Assembly (NCBI GenBank): GCA_965223155.1
Contig: CBDCVR010000013.1
Coordinates: 1,152,001-1,216,000, forward strand
Source of the DNA: Candidatus Multivoradales bacterium
GTDB taxonomy: Bacteria; Acidobacteriota; Thermoanaerobaculia; Multivoradales; JAHEKO01
Length of the DNA stretch: 64,000 nucleotides
Reading direction: 5' to 3'
Shown: positions 30,254-40,135 of the stretch, one piece after another
Layout: every line of letters starts with the position of its first letter
How positions within the stretch are numbered: the first letter of the stretch is position 1
Position numbers and translations under genes: made by a program
Notes under the pieces: generated by a model
Database searches by the model: none
What the model saw: only the letters and a program-made list of their open reading frames with translations
What the model was told of the DNA's origin: nothing

Positions 30254-31723
30254 GTGTCCGACGACGCCACACTCCAGCCCCAGGTCCCGCCGGCGAGGCT
30301 CTTCATCGGCGGCACCTGGGTCGATGCCGAGAACGGAGCAACCTTCGCTACCGAGAACCCGGCGACCGAGGAGACCGTGTGCGAAGTCGGCTCGGGCTCA
30401 GCCGCCGACGTGGACCGGGCGGTCGAAGCCGCGCGGTCCGCGCTCGACGGGGACTGGGGCAAGACTTCGCCGCGTGCCCGCGGCAAGATCCTGTGGCGGA
30501 TCGCGGACCTTTTGGAAGAGCGCACGGAGGAGTTCGCGCTGCTCGAAACCCTCGACAACGGCAAGCCCATCTTCGAGTCGCGCTACGTCGACATCCCGGC
30601 CGGGGTCGAAGCGCTGCGCTACTTCGCCGGCTGGGCGGACAAGATCCACGGCGAAACCCTGTCGGTCGAGGGACCGTTTTCCTTCGCCTACAGCCTGCGT
30701 GAGCCGATGGGAGTGATCGGCGCCATCACGCCATGGAACTTCCCCATCATCCAGGCCCTCTGGAAGATCGCCCCGGCACTAGCCTGCGGCAACGCGGTCG
30801 TCCACAAGCCCGCGTCCTACACACCGCTGACGGCGCTCAAGTTCGCCGAGCTGGCGGTCGAGGCGGGACTGCCGGCGGGGGCGCTCAACACCGTGCCCGG
30901 CGGCGGCCGAGCGGTCGGCGGCGCCCTGGTCGAGCACCCGGACGTGGCCAAGATTACCTTCACCGGCTCGACCGAGGTCGGCCGCGGCATCATGAAGAGC
31001 GCCGCCGACACGATCAAGCGGGTGACGTTGGAGCTGGGCGGCAAGTCACCCAACATCGTCTTTGCCGACGCCGACCTCGACAACGCGGTCAAGGGCGCCT
31101 ACAACGGCATCTTTTACGGTAAGGGCGAGGTATGCGCCGCCGGCTCGCGCCTGTTCGTCGAACGCTCGGTCCACGACCAGCTGGTCGAGAAGCTGATCGA
31201 GCGCACCAAGCGGCTGGAGCCCGGCGACCCGCTCCATCCCAAGACCCGACTGGGCGCTCTGGTCTCGGCCAGCCAGCGCGAAACGGTCCTCGGCTACGTC
31301 GGCATCGGCAAGCAGGAGGGCGCCGAGGTCGCACTCGGCGGCGCGGCTCGCGATGTCGGCGGCAAGGGCTACTTCATGGAGCCCACCATCCTGACCGGAG
31401 TCGACAACTCGATGCGCGTGGCCCAGGAGGAGATCTTCGGACCGGTGCTCGCGGTGATCCCCTTCGACGACGCCGACGAGGCGGTGGCACTTGCCAATCG
31501 ATCGATCTACGGCCTGGCCGCGGGCGTCTGGACCCGGGACATCGGCAAGGCCCACCGCGTCGCCGCCAAGCTCCAAGCCGGCACCGTCTGGCTCAATCAG
31601 TACAACTGGTACGACTCGGGCGCTTCGTTTGGCGGGTACAAGCAGAGCGGCTTCGGACGCGAGCTTGGCAAGCAGGCGCTCGCCTACTACACCGAGAGCA
31701 AGACGGTCTTCGTGGGCAAGTGA
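30254..31723 (+). CDS. Aldehyde dehydrogenase
   Basis: [44 protein letters not shown]. Confidence 0.95.
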   Translation: MSDDATLQPQVPPARLFIGGTWVDAENGATFATENPATEETVCEVGSGSAADVDRAVEAARSALDGDWGKTSPRARGKILWRIADLLEERTEEFALLETLDNGKPIFESRYVDIPAGVEALRYFAGWADKIHGETLSVEGPFSFAYSLREPMGVIGAITPWNFPIIQALWKIAPALACGNAVVHKPASYTPLTALKFAELAVEAGLPAGALNTVPGGGRAVGGALVEHPDVAKITFTGSTEVGRGIMKSAADTIKRVTLELGGKSPNIVFADADLDNAVKGAYNGIFYGKGEVCAAGSRLFVERSVHDQLVEKLIERTKRLEPGDPLHPKTRLGALVSASQRETVLGYVGIGKQEGAEVALGGAARDVGGKGYFMEPTILTGVDNSMRVAQEEIFGPVLAVIPFDDADEAVALANRSIYGLAAGVWTRDIGKAHRVAAKLQAGTVWLNQYNWYDSGASFGGYKQSGFGRELGKQALAYYTESKTVFVGK

Positions 31724-32928
31724 CGGCGCGGAGATCCGAAGCGGCCGAGCCACTGTTTCTGGCGGCGCCGGTACGCACTCCGATTGGAAAGTTTGGTGGC
31801 CGGCTGGCCGCCCTCGGCGCCGCCGACCTGGGCGTGGAGGCGGCGCGCGCCTGCCTCGACCGGTCCGGGATCGCCCCCGGCGCAGTGGATCAAGCGATCT
31901 TCGGGCACGCCCGCCAAGCCGGCGGCGGCCCTAACACCGCGCGGCAGATCGCCTACCGGACGGGCATCCCGGTCGAGCGCCCGGCATTCACGGTCAACCA
32001 GGCTTGCGGCTCCGGACTGCAATCGATCCTGGCGGCGGCTCGAGCGATTCGCCTGGGCGAAGCCGAGCTGGTGCTGGCCGGCGGCACCGAGAGCATGTCG
32101 AACACGCCCTACCTCCTGCCCCGCGCGCGCTGGGGTTACCGGCTGGGTCACGCCGAGCTGACCGACGGCATGTACCGGGACGGCTTCTCCGATCCGCTCT
32201 CGAACCTGGTGATGGGCGAGACCGCCGAAGAGCTGGCGGCCGAATACGGCATCACCCGCGAGGCCGCCGACGCCTACGCCGCCGGCTCGCAGCAACGCTG
32301 CGAGGCGGCCCGCGGCCGGGGCCGCTTCGAAGCCGAGATCGAACCGATCGTGGTCGAGTCCCGCAAAGGCAGCGTCACGGTGACCGCGGACGAGCACCCT
32401 CGAGACGGGGTCACCCTCGACTCCCTGGCTAGGCTCAAGACCGTGTTTCGAGACGGCGGCACGGTGACCGCGGGCAACGCCTCGGGAATCACCGACGGCG
32501 CGGCGGCGGTCTTGGTCGCCTCGGAGCGAGCGATCGACGAGCACGGACTCACCCCCGCCGCCCGGCTTCTGGACTGGGAGGTCGTGGGCGTCGAGCCCAG
32601 AATCATGGGGATCGGACCGGTGCCCGCGATCCAGGCGCTGCTCGCCCGGCACGACCTCGAGCCAGAAGCCATCGACGAGATCGAGATCAACGAGGCCTTC
32701 GCCAGCCAGGTTCTGGCCTGCCAGGCGGACCTCGACTTCGATCCGGCCCGGGTCAATCCGGACGGCGGTGCCATCGCCCTCGGCCATCCGATCGGCTGTA
32801 CCGGCACCCGGATCACCGTGACGCTGTTGCACGGCCTCGAGGCCCGAGGCGGCCGCCTCGGTATCGCCAGCCTGTGTGTCTCCGGAGGCATGGGCCTGGC
32901 GCTTCTGGTGGAACGGTTCGATGGGTAG
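31720..32928 (+). CDS. Thiolase (acetyl-CoA C-acyltransferase)
   Basis: GTG overlaps the ALDH stop (GTGA). NQACGSG, NEAFA, GGAIALGHPIG, CVSGGMG. Confidence 0.93.
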   Translation: MTARRSEAAEPLFLAAPVRTPIGKFGGRLAALGAADLGVEAARACLDRSGIAPGAVDQAIFGHARQAGGGPNTARQIAYRTGIPVERPAFTVNQACGSGLQSILAAARAIRLGEAELVLAGGTESMSNTPYLLPRARWGYRLGHAELTDGMYRDGFSDPLSNLVMGETAEELAAEYGITREAADAYAAGSQQRCEAARGRGRFEAEIEPIVVESRKGSVTVTADEHPRDGVTLDSLARLKTVFRDGGTVTAGNASGITDGAAAVLVASERAIDEHGLTPAARLLDWEVVGVEPRIMGIGPVPAIQALLARHDLEPEAIDEIEINEAFASQVLACQADLDFDPARVNPDGGAIALGHPIGCTGTRITVTLLHGLEARGGRLGIASLCVSGGMGLALLVERFDG

Positions 32929-34336
32929 CGGGTTCGCGAGACCACGAGCTCTCGCCGGCCGAAGACGGCGTCCGGGCGCCTACGCTTGCTGGCTCGCCAT
33001 CGCTGCCACGGCCGTGCTCCTAGGTTGCGCCAGCCCACCCCCAAGCTTGATACCCGAAGCTCCCAACCTGCTCCTGATCGTCGTCGACTGCCTGCGTTCG
33101 GACCACGTGTCGGCCAACGGCTATCCGCGCCGCACGACCAAGAACCTCGACCGGATCGCGGACCAGGGACTGTCCTTTACCCGGGCCGTGTCGCAGTCGA
33201 CCTGGACCCGTCCCACGATGCCGACGCTCTTGACCGGGCTGTACCCGTCGGAACACGGCCTGATGGCCTATGAAGTCGCCGATGGCAAGCCCCAGGCCAA
33301 GGCTGAAGAGATCTATACGCCGGTGCTGGACGACTCGGTGGTAACTCTCGCAGAACGTCTGAGCGAAGCCGGCTACACCAACGCGGTCTTCGGCGAGCAG
33401 GCCCAGCTTTCGCGCCGCTTCGGACTGGATCAGGGCTTCGACGCCTACGAGGTGCATTTGGGCGGAACGCGGTCCATCAACGACCGCTTCGTCGAGTGGC
33501 TGGACCAAGAGCGTCCGGAGAGGTTCTTCACTCTCCTGCACTATTTCGACTTGCACTGGCCGTACTGCCCGCCACCCAAAGCTCTGGCGGTCTTCCGTCC
33601 GAAAGGGAATCCCTTCAACCCATGCCGCGGAGCCAAGGCGCTCAAGCACGCGATTCGCTCCGGTGAGCGTACGCTCACCGAGGACGAGATCGAGGCCACC
33701 AGGGCCTTCTACAACGCCGAGCTGTTCGCCATCGACCTCCGTGTCGGACTCCTCGTCGAGGAGTTAACCGCGCGCGGGCTCTGGGAGGAGACACTGGTCG
33801 TCGTCACCTCCGATCATGGCGAGGAGTTCGCCGAGCACGGCGGCATCGGTCACAAGAACTGGCCCTGGAACGAGCTGGTTCGGGTGCCGCTGATTCTCAA
33901 GCCGCCCGCGGGTTGGCCCGGACCGCGCGGCGAGCTCCGCGACCAGGTCGTCGAGAGCCGCACCGTGGTCTCGACCTTCCTGGACGCCGCCGGCCTCGGA
34001 CCGCAGGAGGGCAACCCCAGTCTGCTGCCGGCCTTGACCGGAGGCGAACAGGAGCTGCCTCCGTACGCGATCTCGGAGTCCAGCTTCGCGGTCGCCGTCT
34101 CCACGGCGACCCACAAGCTCATCACCGATGAGAAGGGGGCGGGTCCGCGACTCTTCGACCTCGTGGCCGACCCCCTCGAGACGACCGATGTGGCCGCAGC
34201 CAATCGCGAAGTCGTCCGGCGGCTCTACCGCTACCAGCGGAACTGGCGCCAGGGGCTCGCAGGTTCGGCCGCCCGTCGTGAGGCGCTTTCCGACGAAGCC
34301 ATCCAGGAGCTGAGAGCCATTGGCTATCTCGACTAG
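32921..34336 (+). CDS. Sulfatase/alkaline-phosphatase-superfamily lipoprotein
   Basis: LLGC lipobox, VDCLRSDH, STWTRPTMPTLLTG, DLH, TSDHGEE...GH, ELRAIGY. Confidence 0.85.
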   Translation: MGSGFARPRALAGRRRRPGAYACWLAIAATAVLLGCASPPPSLIPEAPNLLLIVVDCLRSDHVSANGYPRRTTKNLDRIADQGLSFTRAVSQSTWTRPTMPTLLTGLYPSEHGLMAYEVADGKPQAKAEEIYTPVLDDSVVTLAERLSEAGYTNAVFGEQAQLSRRFGLDQGFDAYEVHLGGTRSINDRFVEWLDQERPERFFTLLHYFDLHWPYCPPPKALAVFRPKGNPFNPCRGAKALKHAIRSGERTLTEDEIEATRAFYNAELFAIDLRVGLLVEELTARGLWEETLVVVTSDHGEEFAEHGGIGHKNWPWNELVRVPLILKPPAGWPGPRGELRDQVVESRTVVSTFLDAAGLGPQEGNPSLLPALTGGEQELPPYAISESSFAVAVSTATHKLITDEKGAGPRLFDLVADPLETTDVAAANREVVRRLYRYQRNWRQGLAGSAARREALSDEAIQELRAIGYLD

Positions 34337-34369
34337 ACCTCCAAGCCCGAAGCTCGGCCCGGCGGCCCG

Positions 34370-35137
34370 ATGAACGAAGCCGTTTCGCTCGAGACCGAAG
34401 GACGGCTGGCAACACTCGTTCTGAACCGGCCGCCGCGCAACGTTCCGGATCTGTCCGCGCTTCGGACGCTCGACTCGGCACTAGCCGGCCTCGAGGCCCG
34501 GGAGGACCTCCAGGTCCTGGTTCTGCGCGCGCCAGAGGGATCCTCTTTTTCGTACGGCGTCGCGGTCGAAGACCACGTTCCCGAGCGGCTGGGCGCGATG
34601 CTCACTACCTTCCACGGCGCGCTCCGGCGGCTGCTCGCGATCCCGGCGGTCTCGATCGCTCTGGTCGACGGCTACTGCCTGGGCGGCGGCCTGGAGCTGG
34701 CCTGCTGCTGCGACCTCGTGATCGCGGCCGAAGACAGCGTCGTTGGGTTCCCTGAAGTCGAGCTGGGCTGCTTTCCACCCGCGGCGGCGACCCTCTTGCC
34801 CAGAATCCTCGGCTATCCGAGGACTCTCGAGCTGCTGACCACGGGCCGGCGTCTGTCCGGCTCCGAAGCCCGGACGTACGGCCTGGTATGGGAGGCGGTG
34901 CCGGCGGCGGACCTGGGCCGCCGTGGCGAACACTTCGCGGGCGATATCCTGGCGAAGAGCGCGCCGGTGACGCGCCTCATCAAGGAGACTCTGAGCCGGC
35001 GGCGAAGCGAGCGGATCCTGGCCGATCTGGCCGAGACCGAGAGGATCTACCGCGAGAGGCTCACCGGAGTCCACGACATGGAAGAAGGAATCGCCGCTTT
35101 TCTGGACAAGAGAGCGGCCGTCTGGTCCCACCGCTAA
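34370..35137 (+). CDS. Enoyl-CoA hydratase, cyclohexadienecarbonyl-CoA hydratase (Dch)-like
   Basis: FSYGVAVEDH, MLTTFH, CLGGGLEL, FPEVELGCFPP. Confidence 0.8.
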   Translation: MNEAVSLETEGRLATLVLNRPPRNVPDLSALRTLDSALAGLEAREDLQVLVLRAPEGSSFSYGVAVEDHVPERLGAMLTTFHGALRRLLAIPAVSIALVDGYCLGGGLELACCCDLVIAAEDSVVGFPEVELGCFPPAAATLLPRILGYPRTLELLTTGRRLSGSEARTYGLVWEAVPAADLGRRGEHFAGDILAKSAPVTRLIKETLSRRRSERILADLAETERIYRERLTGVHDMEEGIAAFLDKRAAVWSHR

Positions 35138-35169
35138 CTACTGAAAGACGGAAGACAAAGGAGAACTCC

Positions 35170-35946
35170 ATGGCAGATACCGTTCTGCGAGAAACCGAGG
35201 GTCGCGTCGCGATTCTCACGATCAACCGGCCCGACAAGCTGAACGCCCTGAACCAGGCGGTCCGCGACGAGATGCTCGAGCACCTCGAAGCGATCGCGGC
35301 CGACGACGGCGTTGGAGCCGTGGTCATCACCGGCGCCGGAGAGAAGTCCTTCATCGCCGGCGCCGACATCGGTGAATTCGAGGGACGTTCTCCCTTCGAC
35401 CAGCGCGAGGCCATGGCGAGCCCCAGGGTCTTCGACGTCATGTCGAGCTTTCCCAAGCCGGTGATCGCGATGATCAACGGCTTCTGCCTGGGAGGCGGTT
35501 GCGAGCTGGCATCCGGGTGCGACATCCGCGTGGCTTCGGACAGGGCCCGTTTCGGTCAGCCCGAGATCAATCTGGGCCTGATTCCCGGTGGCGGCGGCAC
35601 CCAGCGCCTGCCGCGTCTCATCGGCCTGGGGCAGACGCTCCGCCTGGTGCTGACCGGCGACATGATCGGCGCCGAGGAGGCCCGGCAGATCGGACTCGTG
35701 GAGCTGGTGTTCGGCGCCGACGAGCTGCGCGAGAAGACCCTGGAGCTGGCCGCCAAGATCGCCTCGAAGAGTCCCCTGACCCTACGGGTCGCCAAGGAAG
35801 CGGTGCGCGCCGCCTGGAGCACCTCGATTGAAGACGGCACCAAGTACGAGCGCGACCTCTTCTGCCTGTGCTTCTCGTCCGAGGACAAGGAGGAGGGCGT
35901 CGATGCCTTCCTCAACAAGCGTTCGGCGGATTGGAAGGGCCGCTAG
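35170..35946 (+). CDS. Enoyl-CoA hydratase (crotonase)
   Basis: ATG after [48 protein letters not shown]. Confidence 0.93.
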   Translation: MADTVLRETEGRVAILTINRPDKLNALNQAVRDEMLEHLEAIAADDGVGAVVITGAGEKSFIAGADIGEFEGRSPFDQREAMASPRVFDVMSSFPKPVIAMINGFCLGGGCELASGCDIRVASDRARFGQPEINLGLIPGGGGTQRLPRLIGLGQTLRLVLTGDMIGAEEARQIGLVELVFGADELREKTLELAAKIASKSPLTLRVAKEAVRAAWSTSIEDGTKYERDLFCLCFSSEDKEEGVDAFLNKRSADWKGR

Positions 35947-35976
35947 GACGAACCCAGGCCACCGCGGCGGCGGCGT

Positions 35977-36888
35977 CTACGGCAAACCGTGGCGCCGCCG
36001 CTTCTCCCACAGCGCCTTGCGGCTGATGCCCAGGATCGCGGCCGCGCGCCCCTGGTGCCCGCGCGTATACGCCAGCACCTTCAGGATCTGCTCGCGTTCG
36101 AGCTCGGCCAGGCTCACCGGCGGAGCCTGACTGGCGGGCGGCGCCGGATCCAGGACCGAACCGTCCGCCAGAAGGCAGGCCCGCTCTAGCGCGTTACGCA
36201 CCTCGCGCAGGTTCCCCGGCCAGGAATACGACCTCATCCAGTCCTGCGCGCGCGCTGCCAGCGTCAGACCCGGGCGGCCGAAGCGGGCTCCCAGGTCGGC
36301 CAGGAAGAACTCCAGCACGGAGTCGAGATCCGCCCGGTGCTCCCGTAGTGGCGGACACGCCAGGGTGAGAACCTCCAGGCGGTAGTAGAGGTCGGGCCGG
36401 AACGATCCGGAGCGTACGCGCTCGGCCAGCTCATGGCTGCCGATCGCCAGAAAGCGAACGTCGGCGGCCCGTTCGGTACCGCCGAGAGGAGCGTAGCGCC
36501 CCTCGCTCAACAGTCGCAGCAGCTTGGCCTGGGTGGTGCTCGGAATCTCCTCGACGTGGTCGAGCAGGAGACTGCCGCCGCCGGCCCGGCCCAGGCGGCC
36601 GGGACTCGCCGACTCGGCGCCGGTAAAGGCGCCGGATTCGTGCCCGAAGAGCTCGCTCTCGAACAGGCTGGCCGGGACCGCGGCAACGTCCACCTCCACC
36701 AGCGGGCCGGAGGCGCGCCCGCTCGCCTGGTGGAGTACGCGCGCCAGGGTCGATCGGCCAGTGCCGGGCTCACCCAGTATCAGGACCGTCGCTTCACTCC
36801 GCGCCGCCCGAAACGCCTGCCGGTAGAGCGGCTCGAGAGACGGAGAGGCCGCCGCCAGCAGCGCCAGGCCCGGTGGCAGTTCGGTCAC
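35977..36888 (-). CDS. Sigma54-type enhancer-binding protein (AAA + Fis HTH) without sensory domain, degenerate ATPase motifs
   Basis: GTG overlaps the rsfS stop. ESELFGHESGAFTGA, FRPDLYYRL, WPGNLRE and HTH are present. Walker A is GEPGTGRS, Walker B is LLLDH. Confidence 0.85.
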   Translation of the reverse strand: MTELPPGLALLAAASPSLEPLYRQAFRAARSEATVLILGEPGTGRSTLARVLHQASGRASGPLVEVDVAAVPASLFESELFGHESGAFTGAESASPGRLGRAGGGSLLLDHVEEIPSTTQAKLLRLLSEGRYAPLGGTERAADVRFLAIGSHELAERVRSGSFRPDLYYRLEVLTLACPPLREHRADLDSVLEFFLADLGARFGRPGLTLAARAQDWMRSYSWPGNLREVRNALERACLLADGSVLDPAPPASQAPPVSLAELEREQILKVLAYTRGHQGRAAAILGISRKALWEKRRRHGLP

Positions 36889-37268
36889 GCCGAGGCGGCG
36901 CCGGTGACGTCCACGGCATCCCCCCACAGCCGCTCGAGAGCGTAGTAGCCGCGCAGCTCCTGGTCGAAGACGTGAATCACGATGTCGCCGTAGTCCAGAA
37001 GAACCCAGCGGCCGTGTCCGTAGCCCTCGACTCCGAGCGGCCGGCGTCCTGCCGCCTTGGTCGCTTCGACAATGGCGTCGGCGATCGCCTGCACCTGCCG
37101 CTCGCTGGTGCCGCTGCAGATCAGGAAGAACTCTGTGAAGTCGCTCACCTCGGCAAGGTGCAGCACCTTGAGCTCTTCGCCCTTGCGGTCCTGAATGGCC
37201 TGGACCACCGTACGAAGCCGGTCCGGGATCTCGGGCGGGGCTTCGTGGGGCGCGGTTTCGGGACTCAT
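36885..37268 (-). CDS. rsfS: Ribosome silencing factor RsfS
   Basis: DRKGEE, ICSGTSERQVQAIA, WVLLDYGDIVIHVF, YYALERLWGD. Confidence 0.95.
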   Translation of the reverse strand: MSPETAPHEAPPEIPDRLRTVVQAIQDRKGEELKVLHLAEVSDFTEFFLICSGTSERQVQAIADAIVEATKAAGRRPLGVEGYGHGRWVLLDYGDIVIHVFDQELRGYYALERLWGDAVDVTGAASA

Positions 37269-37873
37269 GTATAGAGAGCGTACTTCCGGATGTAGTCTAC
37301 CACCAGCTTGGGAGCGGCACCCGGGGGAATGTCGCCGCCGGTGCGGAAGAGATGGCGCAGCTCAGTGGAGGAGATCTCGACCGGCGGGTTCCGTACGAAG
37401 TGCACGCGCCCGGAGTCCACGAGCTCGCGCAATTCCCCGGGCACTCCCTGCTCCACCGAGCGATAGTCCCATCCGGGCCGCGTCAAAACGGCCAACGAGG
37501 CCAGCCGCCCGATGTCCTGCCAGCGTTTCCAGGTCGGCAACTGCTTGAAGGAGTCCGCGCCGAGCAAGAGACACAACTCGGCGTCCGGATGCCGGTGCTG
37601 GAAGCGCTCCAACGTCTCCACCGTGTAGGCCGGCCGGCCCGGAGTCAGCTCCCAGGCCGACACCAGGAAATCGGGCTCGTCCAGCAGCGCCAGCTCGACC
37701 ATGGCAAAGCGGCGCTGCGAACGGGCGAACTGGCGGCCGGGCTTGTGTGGCGGGCGCGCGGTGGGCAGGTACACGACGCGATCCAGGCCCAGCACCTCGC
37801 GCGCTCTCCGCGCCGGCTCGATGTGTCCGTTGTGGATCGGGTCGAAGGATCCGCCAAAGATGCCCAGCTTCAT
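37265..37873 (-). CDS. nadD: Nicotinate-nucleotide adenylyltransferase
   Basis: FGGSFDPIHNGH, PPHK, YTVETL, GADSF, ISSTELR. Confidence 0.95.
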   Translation of the reverse strand: MKLGIFGGSFDPIHNGHIEPARRAREVLGLDRVVYLPTARPPHKPGRQFARSQRRFAMVELALLDEPDFLVSAWELTPGRPAYTVETLERFQHRHPDAELCLLLGADSFKQLPTWKRWQDIGRLASLAVLTRPGWDYRSVEQGVPGELRELVDSGRVHFVRNPPVEISSTELRHLFRTGGDIPPGAAPKLVVDYIRKYALYT

Positions 37874-38868
37874 GATGGCTCCGTCAGCAAGCGCTCGAGG
37901 TCGGCCAGGAGTCGGTCGAGTCCCGCGCGCGTCGCCGAGCTGATCTCATAGTACGGCATCGAGCGCCGGTCGGCGGCCGCCTCCAAGTCGCGCCGGCGTT
38001 CCTCGTCCGCGGCGTCCAGCTTGGTGCCCACGATCCATCGGGGCCGCTCCAGCAGATCGTTCGTGTGGCGCCCCAGCTCCTTTTCGATTGCCGCAAGCTG
38101 ATGGTGCGCGGGCTCCGGCCCGGAGGCCAGATCCACAAAGTGCAGGAGCGCCCGGCAGCGCTCGGCGTGGCGCAGGAAGCGCGCGCCCAATCCCGCTCCC
38201 TCCGCGGCACCCTCGATCAAGCCCGGCAGATCCGCCAAGACGATCGTGCGCCGCTCGAAGCCCCGGTCGACGACGCCGAGGTTGGGCACCAGGGTCGTGA
38301 ACGGGTAGTCCGCGACCTTCGGGCGAGCCCCCGAGACGGCGGCGATGAACGTGGATTTCCCGGCGTTGGGCAGGCCCACGATACCGACGTCGGCAAGCAG
38401 CTTGAGCTCGAGCTTCAGGCGCCGCTCCTCGCCGTCGCCACCGGGTTCGGAGCGGCGCGGCGCCCTGTTTCTCGAGCTCGCGAACCGGGCGTTGCCGCGG
38501 CCCCCCCGGCCGCCCTGGGCGACGCACAGGCGCTCTCCATCCCGGGTCACCTCCCCGACCCAAACGCCGTCGGCATCCCGTACCTCGGTGCCCAGCGGCA
38601 CCGGCACCAGCAGATCCTCTCCGGACCGGCCGGTCTTGTTCGAGCCTTCGCCGTGCCGTCCGCGATCCGCGGCGTAGAGCCACTGGTGGCGCAATCCGTA
38701 GAGCGTGTTGAGCCCGGGGTCTCCGACGAGGTACACGGAGCCACCCTCGCCGCCGTCACCGCCCGACGGTCCCCCTTTGGGCACGAACTTCTCGCGCCGA
38801 AAGGCGGTGCAGCCGTTGCCACCGCGGCCGCCGCGGACCTCCAGCTCAGCTTCGTCGATGAAATTCAC
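37870..38868 (-). CDS. obgE: GTPase ObgE/CgtA
   Basis: FIDEA, FRREKFVPKGGPSGGDGG, GLPNAGKST, YPFTTL, DLPGLIEGA. Confidence 0.97.
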   Translation of the reverse strand: MNFIDEAELEVRGGRGGNGCTAFRREKFVPKGGPSGGDGGEGGSVYLVGDPGLNTLYGLRHQWLYAADRGRHGEGSNKTGRSGEDLLVPVPLGTEVRDADGVWVGEVTRDGERLCVAQGGRGGRGNARFASSRNRAPRRSEPGGDGEERRLKLELKLLADVGIVGLPNAGKSTFIAAVSGARPKVADYPFTTLVPNLGVVDRGFERRTIVLADLPGLIEGAAEGAGLGARFLRHAERCRALLHFVDLASGPEPAHHQLAAIEKELGRHTNDLLERPRWIVGTKLDAADEERRRDLEAAADRRSMPYYEISSATRAGLDRLLADLERLLTEPS

Positions 38869-38925
38869 GGCAACACCCGGGCGCCGGCCCGGCAAGCTGG
38901 AGCAGACGGCCGGAACTCGGAGCCG

Positions 38926-39183
38926 CTACTCGGCGGGCAGCACGTGGACGATCTTGCGCGACCGGCCCTTGCGCCGAAACTGGACGACGCCGTCGGCCTT
39001 GGCGAACAGCGTGTCGTCGCCACCGCGGCCCACGTTGGTACCCGGAAAGATCTTGGTGCCCCGCTGGCGCACCAGAATCGTGCCGCCGGAAACCGTCTGT
39101 CCGCTGAAGCGCTTGACTCCCAGATTCTTGGGATTCGAATCGCGGCCGTTGCGGCTGGAACCCTGTCCCTTCTTATGTGCCAT
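38926..39183 (-). CDS. rpmA: 50S ribosomal protein L27
   Basis: [16 protein letters not shown]...LVRQRGT. Confidence 0.99.
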   Translation of the reverse strand: MAHKKGQGSSRNGRDSNPKNLGVKRFSGQTVSGGTILVRQRGTKIFPGTNVGRGGDDTLFAKADGVVQFRRKGRSRKIVHVLPAE

Positions 39184-39204
39184 TGCGCAGTCTCCGTCGG
39201 CTTC

Positions 39205-39513
39205 TTAGGTGTTGATGCTGTCGATACGGACCCGGAGCTGGCTCTGGCGGTGGCCACGCAGCCTCCGGTAGCCCTTGCGCCGCTTCATCTTGAAAACCAG
39301 GATCTTGGGTGCTCGGACCTCGTCCACGAGCGTTGCGGAAACGGAGGCGCCATCGACCAGCGGCTGGCCGACCTGCACGGCATCGCCGTCCTTGACCATG
39401 AGCACCCGGTCAAAGGTCACCTTGCCATCGTCCACGTCCCGCGTCTCGATGTCGATCGTGTCCCCGGGATTGACTCGGTACTGTTTTCCGCCTGTTTCGA
39501 TAACCGCGTACAT
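39205..39513 (-). CDS. rplU: 50S ribosomal protein L21
   Basis: MYAVIETGGKQYRV...GHRQ. Confidence 0.99.
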   Translation of the reverse strand: MYAVIETGGKQYRVNPGDTIDIETRDVDDGKVTFDRVLMVKDGDAVQVGQPLVDGASVSATLVDEVRAPKILVFKMKRRKGYRRLRGHRQSQLRVRIDSINT

Positions 39514-39552
39514 GACGCACTCCTTCGGTCGCGCCGCAGCGCAAGAGCCGGA

Positions 39553-39582
39553 AAACTAGCACAAGAAAAGGCCGCCGGTCAA
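39553..39582 (-). promoter_or_regulatory. Putative sigma70 promoter of the rplU-rpmA-obgE operon
   Basis: Minus strand TTGACC, 18-bp spacer, TG-c-TAGTTT. Confidence 0.45.
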
Positions 39583-39618
39583 CGCCGGCGGACCGGCGGT
39601 AGTGGGGTCAGTTTGAAG

Positions 39619-39863
39619 CTACAGCAGCCCGATCAGATCCTCGGCGGTCATTGGGCGATCGGAAACTCCCGCCGCCATCGCCGGTGTGACTCGGTTGTCT
39701 TTCTTCGCCCGCACCGACCGATGCGGGCGACAGAGATCGTACCAGGCGAAGTGCAGCGAGACAGCGGCCACTTGATTTTCGAACTTCTTCGAGAAAGCGT
39801 TCGTGAGTCGCGTGAAGCGGCGCATGGACATCCCCCATCGTTAGCTTCTGCCGCTCAACGTAG
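39619..39863 (-). pseudogene. IS1-family transposase C-terminal remnant with frameshift
   Basis: YVERQKLTM, then one extra G in a G run, then MSMRRFTRLTNAFSKK...TPAMAAG. These are characteristic IS1-like DDE C-terminal motifs. No N-terminal part. Confidence 0.8.
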
Positions 39864-40135
39864 CGATGAGCGTGCGATCGCGGTGAGCTGCAGCTATTCG
39901 TTTCGCGCTTTGTCCGGGGAAGACGAAGCGGCTAAGGCGCGAGTCGATGGTGGCGTTCTTGCTTTGGGCTCTTGGAGCCCGGGCTCGGAGGCGTGACCAT
40001 TACCAGCCGGCGCTCCTCTCGCGTCGGGCCGTACCAGGGTCGAGGCACTGGGGCAGAGCGGGCGCTTCGTGCCCTCGTAAACGATCGCCGCCAGGGTCGG
40101 GGCTTCACTGCCGGCGCAGGGATGGACCGGATCGG

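Noticed and set aside
31132-31719. Long N-terminal extensions in the ORF track (thiolase; also gcvH, gcvT, pcm, beta-CASP RNase, third hydratase)
   Set aside because: They overlap neighbouring genes or promoter regions. Downstream starts with an SD or stop-start coupling match the family N-termini.
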